Shown piece by piece: positions 11,465 to 24,962 of a stretch of 64,000 nucleotides of DNA; position 1 is the stretch's first letter; the number at the start of each line of letters is the position of its first letter. A model generated the notes under the pieces. That model had not been told where the DNA came from and searched no databases. It worked only from the letters and a program-made list of their open reading frames with translations. Made by a program: the position numbers and the translations under genes. Source of the DNA: Octopus bimaculoides (taxonomy: Eukaryota); the NCBI RefSeq assembly GCF_001194135.2, contig NC_068986.1, positions 79,434,777-79,498,776 of the forward strand, given 5' to 3'.

Positions 11465-12540
11465 CTAGTAATTTCCGCATTTAATATCACCAGTTGGTGA
11501 TATTAATTGGAGATTATAACTTAAGAACCGAGGACACAAATGACTGGAACAAATATAGCAAGGCATATCGTCTGACTCTCTATGCTTACTGCCATTCAAT
11601 CGTCCTGGCCTGGGAATTTCATCCGAAATTATGCAAGGCAAATTCGACTTCGGATGGATTTGGACCCGGTACAAAGACTGAAGTGTGTCTTGATCTACTA
11701 TCAGACAGTTCTGCTTGTCCCCATGTACAAATGTAAGTGTACGTCTCTGTGACAATTTGACTTCTTGTACAGATGATTTAAACGCATGAATCGTTCTTTG
11801 CAACCTACAGTTTATACAACATTTCCAACATCGTCTTTCATAGCTGGTCAAATATAACTAAATTGGAAAATAAATACTCATTGTGAATAGGGTAAAATAC
11901 TAAACAATAGAATTTTTACAGTTTAAAGTAGCCTATTCCTGGGTGTAATCTAAATATAAGCCTGATTTCTGCCTGTAGTAAAGTCATGAATGTATTCCTT
12001 AAAATCTTAAAGCAATCTATGTTAATTGCTCTCTTCTATTTTTATACAAGATCTTTTTACAATTTCTCTTGATTTGTTGAAACTTCTGCTAGGACGATCA
12101 AGACATTCTTATGCCTTTAAAAATAACCATTTCTATAAAATATTTTTCACCCATACTGTAGATTAACTAGTTATAGCATTCCTTTCGTAGATTCTACAAG
12201 TATATCTAGGGTTAGTGTGATAGCATTTCTATTGTTGTCAATTACTTTGACTGATATATTTTTTACTATATGTATTCGTTAATGAGAAAATCTTTTTCTT
12301 TCTGGAATCTAAGTAGTAGTACAGCCTTTACACCATTTTTTTTCAATCTACGCTTTTAAATACCTCACTTGGTATATTTTATTCATATATTGCTTAACAA
12401 ACCTCAGCTTCCCAAAAGCTTTTTAAAGTTTCTATTTTTAGATTTCACTCTTTTGTGTTTTTTCTGATACGTCTTTCTCCAGAGATTATGATTCTTCTAC
12501 AACCAAATTCCTCCTCTTAGCCATTGTATATTCTACTTTC
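11465..12540 (-). mobile_element. Possible decayed LINE ORF1/gag-like coding relic
   Basis: Purine-rich minus strand with broken K/E-rich frames, and ORF 11465-11851 with a degenerate Cys/His cluster (PCYICSSHLC). Family not recognised. Confidence 0.25.
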
Positions 12541-12904
12541 TTTAAACAAAACAGTATTCGTTCGTGATCATTATCTGCCATACCTTGTTTATCACTTCGC
12601 ATTTTTATTTCATTGCCAGGCCAACTATAAAGTTTGTTTTCTTTCTCAAACTTGACATGTCTGTTTTCAGTTTTACTTATTACTTCATCTTCGTTGTTGT
12701 TGCTGTTGTTGTTGCCGCTGCTATTGCTGTTGTTGCTTTTATTTGTTTAGCTCCAGGTCAGACCTAATTAAGCAAACCTATGATCAAAGGCGTTCTAGCA
12801 ATGATAATCCCATTTTTATGTTATGTTATTATTGTTTTATGTACAAGATGGCATTTGTAATTTGGATGAGATTTGACTGGTATTTCAGGCAGCTGCCAAA
12901 CAGG

Positions 12905-13357
12905 TGATTCTGTGAATTCCCTTAAAGATTCCATCTCCAGATATGATTTGCTGAACTGAGCCACGTTCATCAAACTCCTAACTTCTACAACTACTTATAC
13001 AAGATTGTGTTTCTTCCGTTAATTCCTGTTTGACCAGAATTTTCGTTCGGATTTGGATCTTCTGTGAAGAATTTCGAGGCTAGTTTCTCTTTGCTCATAA
13101 ATAACACATTCGCTGACACTCCGTCTCTTGGGGAAGCGCCACTACTCCAGCTGTATTCACCGTCTTCTTTTCTTACGTGGAAGTCTCTACACATTCAATG
13201 GTTCTTTTGCACTATATCAGAGATGTCTTTATTCACAACTGAATTGGCATCTGTACTAAATATAGTTCCTCATGCGCTTGCTTGGCATATTAAAATCTAA
13301 ATGAATATGCCACGTTCCATTCCAATTACCATCAGACATTCTAAACCCACCTATCAG
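12905..13357 (-). pseudogene. Degenerate coding-like segment of unknown origin
   Basis: Acceptor-like TTTTTCTCAG, then LIGGFRMSDGNWNGTWHIHLDFNMPSKR; after a frameshift STDANSVVNKDISDIVQKNH*MCRDFHVRKEDGEYSWSSG...; later EFDERGSVQQIISGDGIFKGIHRIT. Higher complexity than the flanks. Confidence 0.25.
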
Positions 13358-14284
13358 CCTGAGAAAAATTTGTGTGAACTGTTTAAGCAAATAATTGACT
13401 TATAGATATTTTCCTCATTCAAGTGGTATTTTCCGACTTGAGAAAAACTGCCTAACCCATTGAAATAATATGCAGAGAAAGATCTTCCAGCTGTAATGCA
13501 AGATTCATTATTTCATGTTATCCTTAATTACTTGCTCCAAAATCTTGAATGGTGTCAATGAAATGCACAGGACAGAGAGGTTTTCTCTTCTTTTTCTTGT
13601 GCTTCGTTTTCTCCGTCATATTTATCTATAAACTATTTGATACTTTTGACTTTCTATCGCTATTTCTTAGTTATAATTTATATTGATGGTAAAGCCAAAA
13701 ATATATAGGTAGAACATTTAAAGCACATAATACTTAACAAAACCATAAAGTGAATAAAAACATTTAAAATGGATGCCATGAAGTAGAAAATGTGCAAAAC
13801 AAAGTAAATAAGAAAACTAAGCCAAATTCTAGAACATCTACGAAAACACACCAATAACAACCGGGGTAGAAGAAAGCAAAATAAATGAATAAAACGTATA
13901 AGAAAGAATTATAAACTAAAAAGTTTGAAGTTAAAGATTATGAATATGACATCAATCGAAATGCTGAAATTGTTAAAATATTACAATTGAAGGAAGCCCT
14001 TCCAACGAACCAATGAAAGCACCTTTTAAGGAAAACTCTCAACGGCGAAATATCAACGCTTCTTTAAATGTCATTGCAGACTTAATGAAAATTGACAGGA
14101 ACAGTGATATCGCCAGGATAGACGAAATATTTGTAGCTAGCAGATATAGTATGTTACATAAAAATATAAGTACTCACTCGTATATACTGTTATAGATACA
14201 TCAAAACACAGACATACCATGCGGAAAACTACATGCAAGAAAATGTAGACAATAAAAGAAATAATATATCAAGCCTTAATGAAA

Positions 14285-14475
14285 GGCGCAGGCGTGCCTG
14301 TGCGGTAAGAAGCATACTTCCCAATCACATGGTTCTGGGTTCAGTTCCACTGTATAGCACCTTTGGCAAGTGTCTTCTTCTATAGCCTCGGTCCGACCAA
14401 AGCCCTGTTAATGGATTTGGTAGACGGAAACTGTAAAAACCCGTCGTATTTAAATATATATATATGTGTGTGTGT

Positions 14476-14531
<56 letters not shown>

Positions 14532-14706
14532 CTCCTACCACCACCGCTTGACAACCGGTGTTGGCGTGTTTATGGCCCCGTAACTTAGTGGTATAGTAAG
14601 TACCAGGCTTAAAAAGATAAGTACAGGGATCGATCCATTCGACAAAAAAAAAACGAGGCAGTGTTCCAGCATGGCCGCAGTCATATGACTGAAACAAAAG
14701 AATAAA
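14285..14706 (+). mobile_element. Full-length family A SINE with central (TA)/(TG)n
   Basis: GGCGCAGGCGTG..GGTAAGAAGC..GGTTCAGTTCC head, central microsatellite, 3' tail GTGTTCCAGCATGGCCGCAGTCATATGACTGAAAC. Confidence 0.85.
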
Positions 14707-14905
14707 TCAATTAGGAAAAGAAGTCACAACTGAAGCAAAGTGAAAAATACTAAAAAAATATGAACGTAACATTAAAATAAACATCGAGGAATATGCGAAA
14801 TCAAAGAATGCATCAACCAAAAGAGTCTCACTAACTTGCATAACTGACATGTTGTTACCTGAAACATCAACAATTCTTTAAAAAAAACAATTTTATCCAA
14901 AATCA

Positions 14906-15009
14906 TTTTTGAAGAACTAACTGATATTTTGAACTAACTGATATTTTGAACTAACATTTTGAAGAACTAACATTTTGAAGAACTAACATTTTGAAGAACA
15001 AACTGATAT
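14906..15009. repeat. Minisatellite of TTTTGAAGAACTAAC(TGAT)A variants
   Basis: About 6 units of 16-20 bp read directly. Confidence 0.85.
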
Positions 15010-15059
15010 ATAAATAAATGCAGCTCCGACAGCAAGAGAAGTAAAAAAATAATTTGTGA

Positions 15060-16350
15060 AAATGGGTATGAATAATAATTGATTCCTCGTGGATGTCCAA
15101 ACAACGAACAGATTAAATGAGTAGCCAAGGGAAACTATATCATGCCAAGAATGAGAGTAAACACTACAGAATCAGATAACTAAAAGACACCAGAAAATCA
15201 TAAATGTCTCATAGCAATATCTAATACGTACAGCAATTACTAACAAATGTGAAAAGTGGTATGGATAATAATTGACTCCTAGTAGTTTGTTCGTTGTTTG
15301 GAACAGAGTAATGAGTAGTCATGGGAAACTATATCGACCCAAGAAAGAAAGTAAACATTACAGAATCAGATAACTAAAAGACACCAGGAAATCATAAAAG
15401 TCTCATAGCAATATATAATATGTACAACAATTATTAACAAAATGGTTAAAACCCCCAAATCAACACCTAACTGGTTCTCAAAAACGAAGTGTTATTAATA
15501 CCCAGCAACATATTAGCAGGATGAAGTAAGAGATGAAGTGAAGACTCAAATGGCTTTATAGATCAACAAAGACATGATGACTGATGAAAGAGAAAGTCGT
15601 GCCCGAACTATGTATAAATTCACTGACTACCAGAAGGCTTTTGATGCTTTTTTCTCGGCGCATTTATTGAAAAAAAAACCCACCAAAAATATATAGTTAT
15701 ATGAAGCGCGCCATAGGTAAAAAGCAAACAATTCTCCTGGTGAAGGCAAAAGAAGGAATGATGAAAATTAATCCTATCTTTATTCGATTATATCTCAAGG
15801 AAACTTCCCCTCTCGCCACTTTTCTGCCTGATTTATAAACAACATTTTAAAGCAGAATGGACACGGATGCTATTACTTTTGTATCGAAGTGACGGCAAGT
15901 TGCAGGATGTATAATGAAGATGATAAAACCTAGAAACACTCTTACAGATAGTACACAAATACACTAAAGTCATTGATATGAGATCCAATTTGGAAAAATG
16001 CCCCAAGAAGAAATTTAATAAACAGAAACATTATCATTTTAGATGAATACACAGAGATAAGAATCAACGCAAACTAAATACTTAAGAGTTGATGTACTAC
16101 AAGCTGTAGAATGCAGAGTGGTACAGGTAAATGCTGGGAAAGGATATTCTGCGTGCATTAGATTAATATTTAAAAAGGAGCTAAGTGCAAAATTACGCTG
16201 TCCAGGTAATTAGTTTGAGATATATGACCAACTTAACGTTAAATGAATTAGAAAACTAAACAAGAGAATAAAGCTTGCATCAATACATCAATTCAATTAT
16301 GCCTAAGAAAAAATATATTTATTGCAAATACACTGATATAGAGGACTAGT
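15060..16350 (+). mobile_element. Heavily decayed non-LTR retrotransposon RT region (R4/Dong-like), with a roughly 195-bp internal tandem duplication
   Basis: Remnants in the expected order: PENHKC (PENYRPI), TDYQKAFD (IDYQKAFD), ISQG..SPLFCL, degenerate YMDDIK, MRxNLEKC, YLxV, ELSAK, and a RGL motif near 16340. Confidence 0.65.
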
Positions 16351-16369
16351 GCAATTATACAAATATCTC

Positions 16370-16490
16370 TTATCTTTTACTTACTTCGGTCATTGGACTG
16401 CGATCACACTGGGCTACGGAGAGGTAATCAAACCGACATCGGTTCACAAACGGTGGTGGAATACAAACAGACACACAAACGCAGACACCA
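16370..16490 (-). mobile_element. 3' half of a family A SINE
   Basis: Reverse complement reads CCACCACCGTTTGTGAACCGATGTCGG...GCAGTCCAATGACCGAAGTAAGTAAAAGA. Confidence 0.65.
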
Positions 16491-16497
16491 ATATATA

Positions 16498-16655
16498 GGA
16501 GTGGCTGTGTGGTAAGTAGCTTGCTTACCAACCACATGGTTCCGGGTTCAGTCCCACTGCGTGGCATCTTGGGCAAGTGTCTTCTACTATAGCCTCGGGC
16601 CGACCAAAGCCTTGTGAGTAGATTTGGTAAACGGAAACTGAAAGAAGCCTGTCGT
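16498..16655 (+). mobile_element. 5' half of a well-preserved family A SINE running into (TA)n and a gap
   Basis: GGAGTGGCTGTGTGGTAAG..CCGGGTTCAGTCCCACTGCGTGGCATCTTGGGCAAG..GGAAACTGAAAGAAGCC. Confidence 0.85.
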
Positions 16656-19554
16656 ATATATGTATATATATATATATATATATATNNNNNNNNNNNNNNN
16701 NNNNNNNNNNNNNNNNNNNNNNNNNNNNNNNNNNNNNNNNNNNNNNNNNNNNNNNNNNNNNNNNNNNNNNNNNNNNNNNNNNNNNNNNNNNNNNNNNNNN
16801 NNNNNNNNNNNNNNNNNNNNNNNNNNNNNNNNNNNNNNNNNNNNNNNNNNNNNNNNNNNNNNNNNNNNNNNNNNNNNNNNNNNNNNNNNNNNNNNNNNNN
16901 NNNNNNNNNNNNNNNNNNNNNNNNNNNNNNNNNNNNNNNNNNNNNNNNNNNNNNNNNNNNNNNNNNNNNNNNNNNNNNNNNNNNNNNNNNNNNNNNNNNN
17001 NNNNNNNNNNNNNNNNNNNNNNNNNNNNNNNNNNNNNNNNNNNNNNNNNNNNNNNNNNNNNNNNNNNNNNNNNNNNNNNNNNNNNNNNNNNNNNNNNNNN
17101 NNNNNNNNNNNNNNNNNNNNNNNNNNNNNNNNNNNNNNNNNNNNNNNNNNNNNNNNNNNNNNNNNNNNNNNNNNNNNNNNNNNNNNNNNNNNNNNNNNNN
17201 NNNNNNNNNNNNNNNNNNNNNNNNNNNCCACACACACATATATATATATATATACATACACAGAGAGAAAGAGAGAGACCATGATTCCACACAATGTTCC
17301 TCAACCAAATTTGCTCAGAACTCTCTGTTCAACCATACCTGACCTACACTACAACAAATTCAGAGACTGAAATTATTTTTGCAATACTCTGCTTATTCGT
17401 CTTTTTCTGAGCCTCATCTCTGCTGCAAACTATGTTGTACCGGAGCATGACGATGGTCAATGAAGAGGTTTTCTGAAAGACGTTATATAACATCTTTGGT
17501 GTGATGTAGATGAATGGGCTGAACGAAGAAAACGTACTTGGTGGCTGGAGAACTTCCGGACATTAAGGCTAATGTAATGAAATTTCATGAAATGTAATTA
17601 TTTGCAACATTTTTTCCATATTTTAAAATTTTATCATTTACATACTTTTTCTTTTTTATTTCGTTTGTGACTAGTCAACCGTTTAATTACTTTATGAATA
17701 TCGTGCACATTAATTATTATATAAAAGTTCATATTCAGTTAAACATTAGTTTTAACGTTTATAACCACAAATTTTCATCCCATTATTACTTTAAACACTT
17801 TATTTTCTCGATGTTTTCTTTTTATTAATAGAAGCATATACAATACATACATAGCTATATACACACATCCTTACACACATACACGCACATACGCACAAAT
17901 ATATATGTATGTATGTATATGTGTATATGTATATGTATGTATGTATGAATGAATGTATGTATGTATATACATATTTGAAGTATACCTATATCCATTTTGT
18001 TTTTTTATTTTATGCTTATCGTAGAGAAATAAAACAGCATCCTATTTATCTTTATTATTCTAACATTTACTAAATAATAATATTGTTAATACTATCATTA
18101 TTATTATTACTCTTCATTTACATCATACCAGAAGCAGTTTTTATTGTCATTGAGTAGGGCACTTAACTCTAATTATCTTAGACTTCATATAATCAGAAAA
18201 AAATAGTATTATTGTTAAGTTTTGTTTTTAGTTTTGATGTTTTCGTTGTTCTTATTGAGTGTGGTTTTTTGTTGTTTGTTACTATCATCAGCATCATCAT
18301 GTTTATCATTTCTCTATAACCAAATAAAGAGCTAATATATTTTTATATTCTGTTCTGTAAAACAAATTAGTTGAAGATGACCAGTACGGTTGATTAAAAG
18401 CCAATATTTCCAATTCTGAAGTCTGAAGGAAGGAAAGAAAAAACGATAAATATTGAATTATATTCTACCACCGTTCTAATATTGCTTATTGTATTGATTA
18501 TTGAACTTCTAATTGGTTAATATTAAGGAGAGAGTGATTTTTTTTTTCTGATTTGGAATTCAGAATATCGCCAAACCGAATCCTAACCTAGCCTAAACCG
18601 AAGTGATGGAGAGTATTTTTTTTCTTTTTTATAAATTAAACAAGAAGTGAAGATGCTGCAAATGTGAACGGTTAAAACGTTGGAGGTGCTAGAGGTTACT
18701 ATGGCATTGCAAAGTTAAGATAAGTTATTTTTAGGTTTCAATTCTTGAGGTCGTTGTCAATAACATTTCGCGATCTGCGATAAAAGTGTTTAAGCTTACA
18801 TACAACAAACACCACTACTGTAAGTTACTATCAGTAGAATATGGCATGGTGGAAGAATAGAGGAATAGAGATGACGAGGAACTTTGATACCCCCGCAATC
18901 TAGGACTACAGTAGCAAATCCAACATTTACACAGATACATGCATGCATGTGCATATGTATACATATAAGTATGTATCCGCGCACACATACTCTCACAGTA
19001 ATTATTAAGTGCGCTTAGAGGCGAAAATATCATTACATGCACAGAAAAAATTGTGCATCTACATGCATGATACTAATATACATAAACGTGCATGTTGTGT
19101 ATGTGCCTATGACATTGCACGCGCGTGCGTATATGTGAGTGCTTGAGTGGGTGAGAGAAAGAACATTCATAAGTTCGAAATTATACATATGCATGTGTGT
19201 GTGTGCATATACATACAAATATATATANNNNNNNNNNNNNNNNNNNNNNNNNNNNNNNNNNNNNNNNNNNNNNNNNNNNNNNNNNNNNNNNNNNNNNNNN
19301 NNNNNNNNNNNNNNNNNNNNNNNNNNTATATATATATATGCGTGTGTGTGCTTATGTCTGTGTATCTTTGTACATGTACGCATGCGTATGATTATTTTCA
19401 TTATACAAGTCTGCCACGTGAGTCTGATTTGGCGTCTTAGTGTTATCCGCAAACATATGTCTAACATCATCAGAGCAATAAATATTGCAGGTATTTGATA
19501 AGAAATTGCTTCTAGAAAGTGCACAAATGAATACCTAGGCTGAGCGAAAGTGGA

Positions 19555-19584
19555 TACACACACACACTCACACACACACACACA

Positions 19585-19619
<35 letters not shown>

Positions 19620-19824
19620 GAACACACATATATATGTACGTATATGCATGTATATACATACAGCAAACGTATATGTATCATATCTGGGTGTGTAGAGAGA
19701 GAGAGGTAGAGAGATAGAGAGAACCACAGAGAAAGAGTGCCATCGATGGAGAATGAATAGTGTGAGAAATAGAGACAAAGATAAACAGACAGATATATAG
19801 AGAGAGAGAGAAAGAGAGAGAGGA

Positions 19825-19892
<68 letters not shown>

Positions 19893-19915
19893 TAGAGGAG
19901 AGAGAGAAAAAAGTG
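19555..19915. repeat. Compound (CA)n / (GA)n / (GAGAGAGAAA)n microsatellites
   Basis: Direct reading. Confidence 0.9.
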
Positions 19916-22699
19916 AAAGGCAATTATCTTATACTAAATGCTGGAAGAGTGTTGATCATATTGTTTTTATTGAATTCATCGCCTCCTCTTCTTCTTTTTG
20001 CTATTGTTGTTGTTGCTATTATTGCTTCTGTTATTGTTTATCGCCGGGTCAACTCCGCTCATGGAATTGCACGATGAAATATATTCAGCAGAATGCGATC
20101 CTCCAATTTGTTTTTGTTTCTTATCCGCGATATGTATTCTGGACGTACTGGACTAATTTTTTGAAAGACTTATATAAACCATGTTATACTAACCAGTGTA
20201 TCGGTCCTGTTATTTTCTAGGACGATAGTATTTATATTGAGGGGCATCTGGCTCCTATTTATAATAGGTTAAACAATCGGATATTTGTGTTATCGCTTGT
20301 TTCTGTGGACGTTAACACGAAAGCTGAGGCGCAATCCGAACGCTTGCAACAAAGTGAACACCATTAATGTGCACAAGGACTAAGTGGTGGTGCTTAAACC
20401 TGATGGTGGATGCAGTTTATTTCTAAAAACATAAGACGAAAAGAGGAAGACTCTAACCGATCCGTTCCGTGCACCAGGCTGAACCAGCGCTTCATTATAG
20501 TGACCCATGTAAGAATAAAATTCGATTTGATTTCACTGTGAAAAGATCCAAAATAAATATGGCAAGGAAGTCAGTTCTAATGAAATGATTGACGAAAACT
20601 TACTTAATGTCTATGCCCCTCTCCTAGCCAACAAAATGTCAGGCATTGTGCTTATAGCAGAAAGTATTATTTCTAAGCTGATACCATAATGTTTTCTATT
20701 TGACTTTTCTAGGCAAGTTTAAGTGCATCCTATTTAATCATTTAAACATCAGCACATGTTTCTGTATAGCGAAATGTCAGCCCAGCTATGGCTGTCAAAA
20801 CATTTCCATCGCATACGAGTGCTTCAAACAGCTCCTATCTTGTACAATATTTTATTACAAGGTGGTGGGTAAAATATAAGAATCTCCATATAAAAGTGTT
20901 TTCGGGAGGGAACTAGGATCTAAAGAGGGGTTACAGTTATATTCCTGAATAAAACTAAAAACATTTTCGTGTCTATTCCATCCATAACTGCAACATTTCT
21001 AAGATTCCACTTCTTGTCTTGTACTTTTTCAGATCCATTTAATTACGTATATAAACACTGATGCATTCGCTTTTTTTCTGTTAATTTAAACACTGGCAGA
21101 GTTTACTTATACTGTCTAGAAAAGTCACGTTAGTTAGTATACAACTTCCATAGAAAAACGCTCTTACAGACACATTTTTTCGTTTTGAATTATCCATATT
21201 TTACCATAATATCTGCCTTGAATTTTCTTTCTATTTGCTGCTGTTATATAACGCACTGTGCTAATATGAACATGCTATAGTGAATTCTTGAACATTACAT
21301 TTGCTGATTTTTGCTGCAAACAATGGTGTTATACTTAATAAATTTTAGCTAATTATTTTGTGACTACACATTTTTGTTTTTAATATTGTCTCTGTTACTG
21401 AATATTTACGGTATTGGTTTTGCCTCAGTTATATTTGTTATTATTCCGCGAGAAATTGTTTCACATTATTTTTACCTAGTTACATCTTTTTGATCACATT
21501 GCATATTTTACTTTGATAACATTACATATTCATCACTATTCAGTAATCAAGTAGAAATATTCGTTCATGTGAAATGTAAAAGGAATCACAAATGAAAAAT
21601 TAAAACATATTAGAGTATAGCAAAGTTAATAGTAATTCTTGGATGATGCATGGTTGAATATTTCTAAACCTACCACTAAAGGCATTCCAACCTGAACCGT
21701 TCCGTGTGTTTTATATCAGGTTCTGCATTATTTAATGTAAATTTGAAAATAAAATATTTTCATGGCTTTTAACAAGTAAGGCCCGCAAATTCGCAATCTT
21801 CCCAGGGTCTATGTTTCCAAAATGGAGACGAACGCCTTTCCTTCATGTGATCGGCTTGAAAATCGGTTAAGATTCTAGGATATTTTCCTATTTTTCTCAA
21901 CATGAAAACAAATTCAGAATTCATATCCACCAATGTGGTGTTGAGTCACTCATTTGCATCATTCGACATTTACTTACGTTCGACAAAAATGAGTGATCCT
22001 CTGACGGACCAGTGACCCATGAAAGGTGGAATGTATACTCCACAGAATATTTATTTTAGCGGTTGTCAAGCGGTGGTGGAGGGACAAACACATACACGTG
22101 CACACACGCGCACGTATATATATATATATATATATNNNNNNNNNNNNNNNNNNNNNNNNNNNNNNNNNNNNNNNNNNNNNNNNNNNNNNNNNNNNNNNNN
22201 NNNNNNNNNNNNNNNNNNNNNNNNNNNNNNNNNNNNNNNNNNNNNNNNNNNNNNNNNNNNNNNNNNNNNNNNNNNNNNNNNNNNNNNNNNNNNNNNNNNN
22301 NNNNNNNNNNNNNNNNNNNNNNNNNNNNNNNNNNNNNNNNNNNNNNNNNNNNNNNNNNNNNNNNNNNNNNNNNNNNNNNNNNNNNNNNNNNNNNNNNNNN
22401 NNNNNNNNNNNNNNNNNNNNNNNNNNNNNNNNNNNNNNNNNNNNNNNNNNNNNNNNNNNNNNNNNNNNNNNNNNNNNNNNNNNNNNNNNNNNNNNNNNNN
22501 NNNNNNNNNNNNNNNNNNNNNNNNNNNNNNNNNNNNNNNNNNNNNNNNNNNNNNNNNNNNNNNNNNNNNNNNNNNNNNNNNNNNNNNNNNNNNNNNNNNN
22601 NNNNNNNNNNNNNNNNNNNNNNNNNNNNNNNNNNNNNNNNNNNNNTATATATATATATATATGTATATATATATGCGTGTGTATATTTACGTCTATATT

Positions 22700-22830
22700 T
22701 GTTTGACCCTACCCCTACCGCATCTCCCTTGACAACCGGTGTTGATGTGTTTACGTCTGCCTGAACTAGCGGTTCGGCAAAGGAGACTGATAGAATAAGT
22801 ACTAAGCTTAAAAGTCATCAGGTCGATTTT
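22700..22830 (+). mobile_element. 3' half of a family A SINE; an opposite-strand fragment lies at about 22056-22095 across the gap
   Basis: TTGACAACCGGTGTTGATGTGTTTACGTC..CGGTTCGGCAAAGGAGACTGATAGAATAAGTACT. Confidence 0.7.
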
Positions 22831-23519
22831 ATTTTATACAAACACACACACAGACACACATACATTCGGTAATCTAAACCTGAACGAGTCGCATGGGACC
22901 AAATCAAAGTGTTTTGCATAACAATACATGTAACTCCTACTGAATGAGTTTAGTGCCTTTTTCTTTCCTTCGTCCATTCACTCCTATAAGTACAAATATA
23001 TATATATGTGCCTGCATACACATACACACAAATATATGTTTAAATATATATGTATTTGTATAAATATATGTGTGTATGTATATTAAGTAATATGTATGCA
23101 AGTGTGTAGACAGATACACAAGTAGGTAGATAGATGGACACATTAATAGAGAGGCGCAGATTGATTTGCAAAACACTAATTCAATATATTAACAATATGA
23201 GACAAATGAATGGCGGAAGACGAAGCAACGGTTGCAAAAAGACTTCTATTAATGTATTATTTATACGATGAACACCAGAGAATCATTCTTTCCACACTCA
23301 CAGTTCAGATAGCTGTATATTCTATAAAACTGTTCTTACTGTCAATGACTCTCAAGAGGGATAATCTGATATTTCTTGGGTTATATAGTCACAGCTTTTG
23401 CTTAACACGTACGCACAAACAAATCATTCCATTTCCAATGCTGTTCACCAATTAGCGGTAACCAACATTGCACTCCGCCGCCATTCTTCGTCTGAGTGAG
23501 TACAGCTTATGGTCTTCAT

Positions 23520-23994
23520 CTTTGTTCTCGAAGCTGTTATTGTTGTTGTTTATAGCTGTTGATTCGTGTTGTTGTTGTTGCTGCTGCTGCTGCTGCTGTT
23601 GTTATTTTTGTTGTTGTTGTTGTTCTTATTATTTGCGATTTTCGTTGTTGTTGTTGTTGGAGTTGTTATTGTTTTTGTGTGTCTGTTTGTTGCTTAATAC
23701 GATCAATATTCGTACGTGTCTTGCTTATGTTCTCCAAGAAAGATTATTCTTATTCTGTGCAAGATTCTTCAAGCCAGCATTTATTTACATCACACAACGC
23801 TTCCCCCGCACCCACGAAGTAGACTCACACACGCACAAAAACACCGAAACAGATACAGACACACACGCACACACGCACACCCCACACATACAGAAACGCA
23901 CTGACACGTTCACATGCACACATATCTTCCTTTCACTTTCTCCGCCAATGTATATATATTAAAAATATGCATATATACACGAATGTATATATCA

Positions 23995-24038
<44 letters not shown>

Positions 24039-24039
24039 T

Positions 24040-24077
<38 letters not shown>

Positions 24078-24783
24078 GGAATATGTATGTATACATATAT
24101 ATGTATATATATATATGTCTATATATGGTGTAGATATGTATGTGTGTGTATATATATGTGTATTATATATATATATATATATACATCAAAACACATATAC
24201 ATATATATGTATCTACATCTATGTTTATACATAGATACATGTACATTTATACACTTGAATCTACAATGTAGTAGATGAATCTTCAAACTGATTGGTCAAA
24301 TAAATATCCCCATACACGCACCGAGAAATACACACTCTCACGAACGTCATAACTTTACATATGTAGAAATATATAACCACATACACACATACATCCATAC
24401 CCACGCGCACACACAAAGATATGTATGTGTCTGTGTGTGTGTGCGTACATGTACGTATTTCTTTGTACGTATTGTTGTATGTATGTAATATGTACATGTA
24501 TGCACATATAAACAAATGAATGTATGTATGATTGTATATAGACAAACAGACACAACCAGATACACTGACTTTCTCTCTCTGCTTCTCTCTCTCCCTCTCT
24601 TTCACCTCTTCTCCTGCTCTCTGTCTGATTTTTTTCTCTCTCTTTCTTTCTCCCCGCCCCCCTTTTCTCTCTCTATCTGTCTTACCCTCACGTACAAATT
24701 TAGAGAAAATCGAAGATATTGTCCGTACATACACGTAAACATGCAAAGTGTCAGATTACTTTTCAAATTGATGAATGTTTGAC

Positions 24784-24817
<34 letters not shown>

Positions 24818-24883
24818 TCTCACTCCCTATCTGCTTCTGTTTCTCTCTCACTTTCACTTTGCCTCTGTCTATCTCTCTCTCTC

Positions 24884-24962
<79 letters not shown>

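Noticed and set aside
11494-11736. VILIGDYN resembling a LINE APE endonuclease motif
   Set aside because: Isolated 8-residue similarity; the other endonuclease motifs are absent, and composition favours the opposite strand.
23468-23962. Poly-Cys/Leu ORF (164 aa)
   Set aside because: Translation of (TTG)/(CTG) repeats; TTG start; no complexity.
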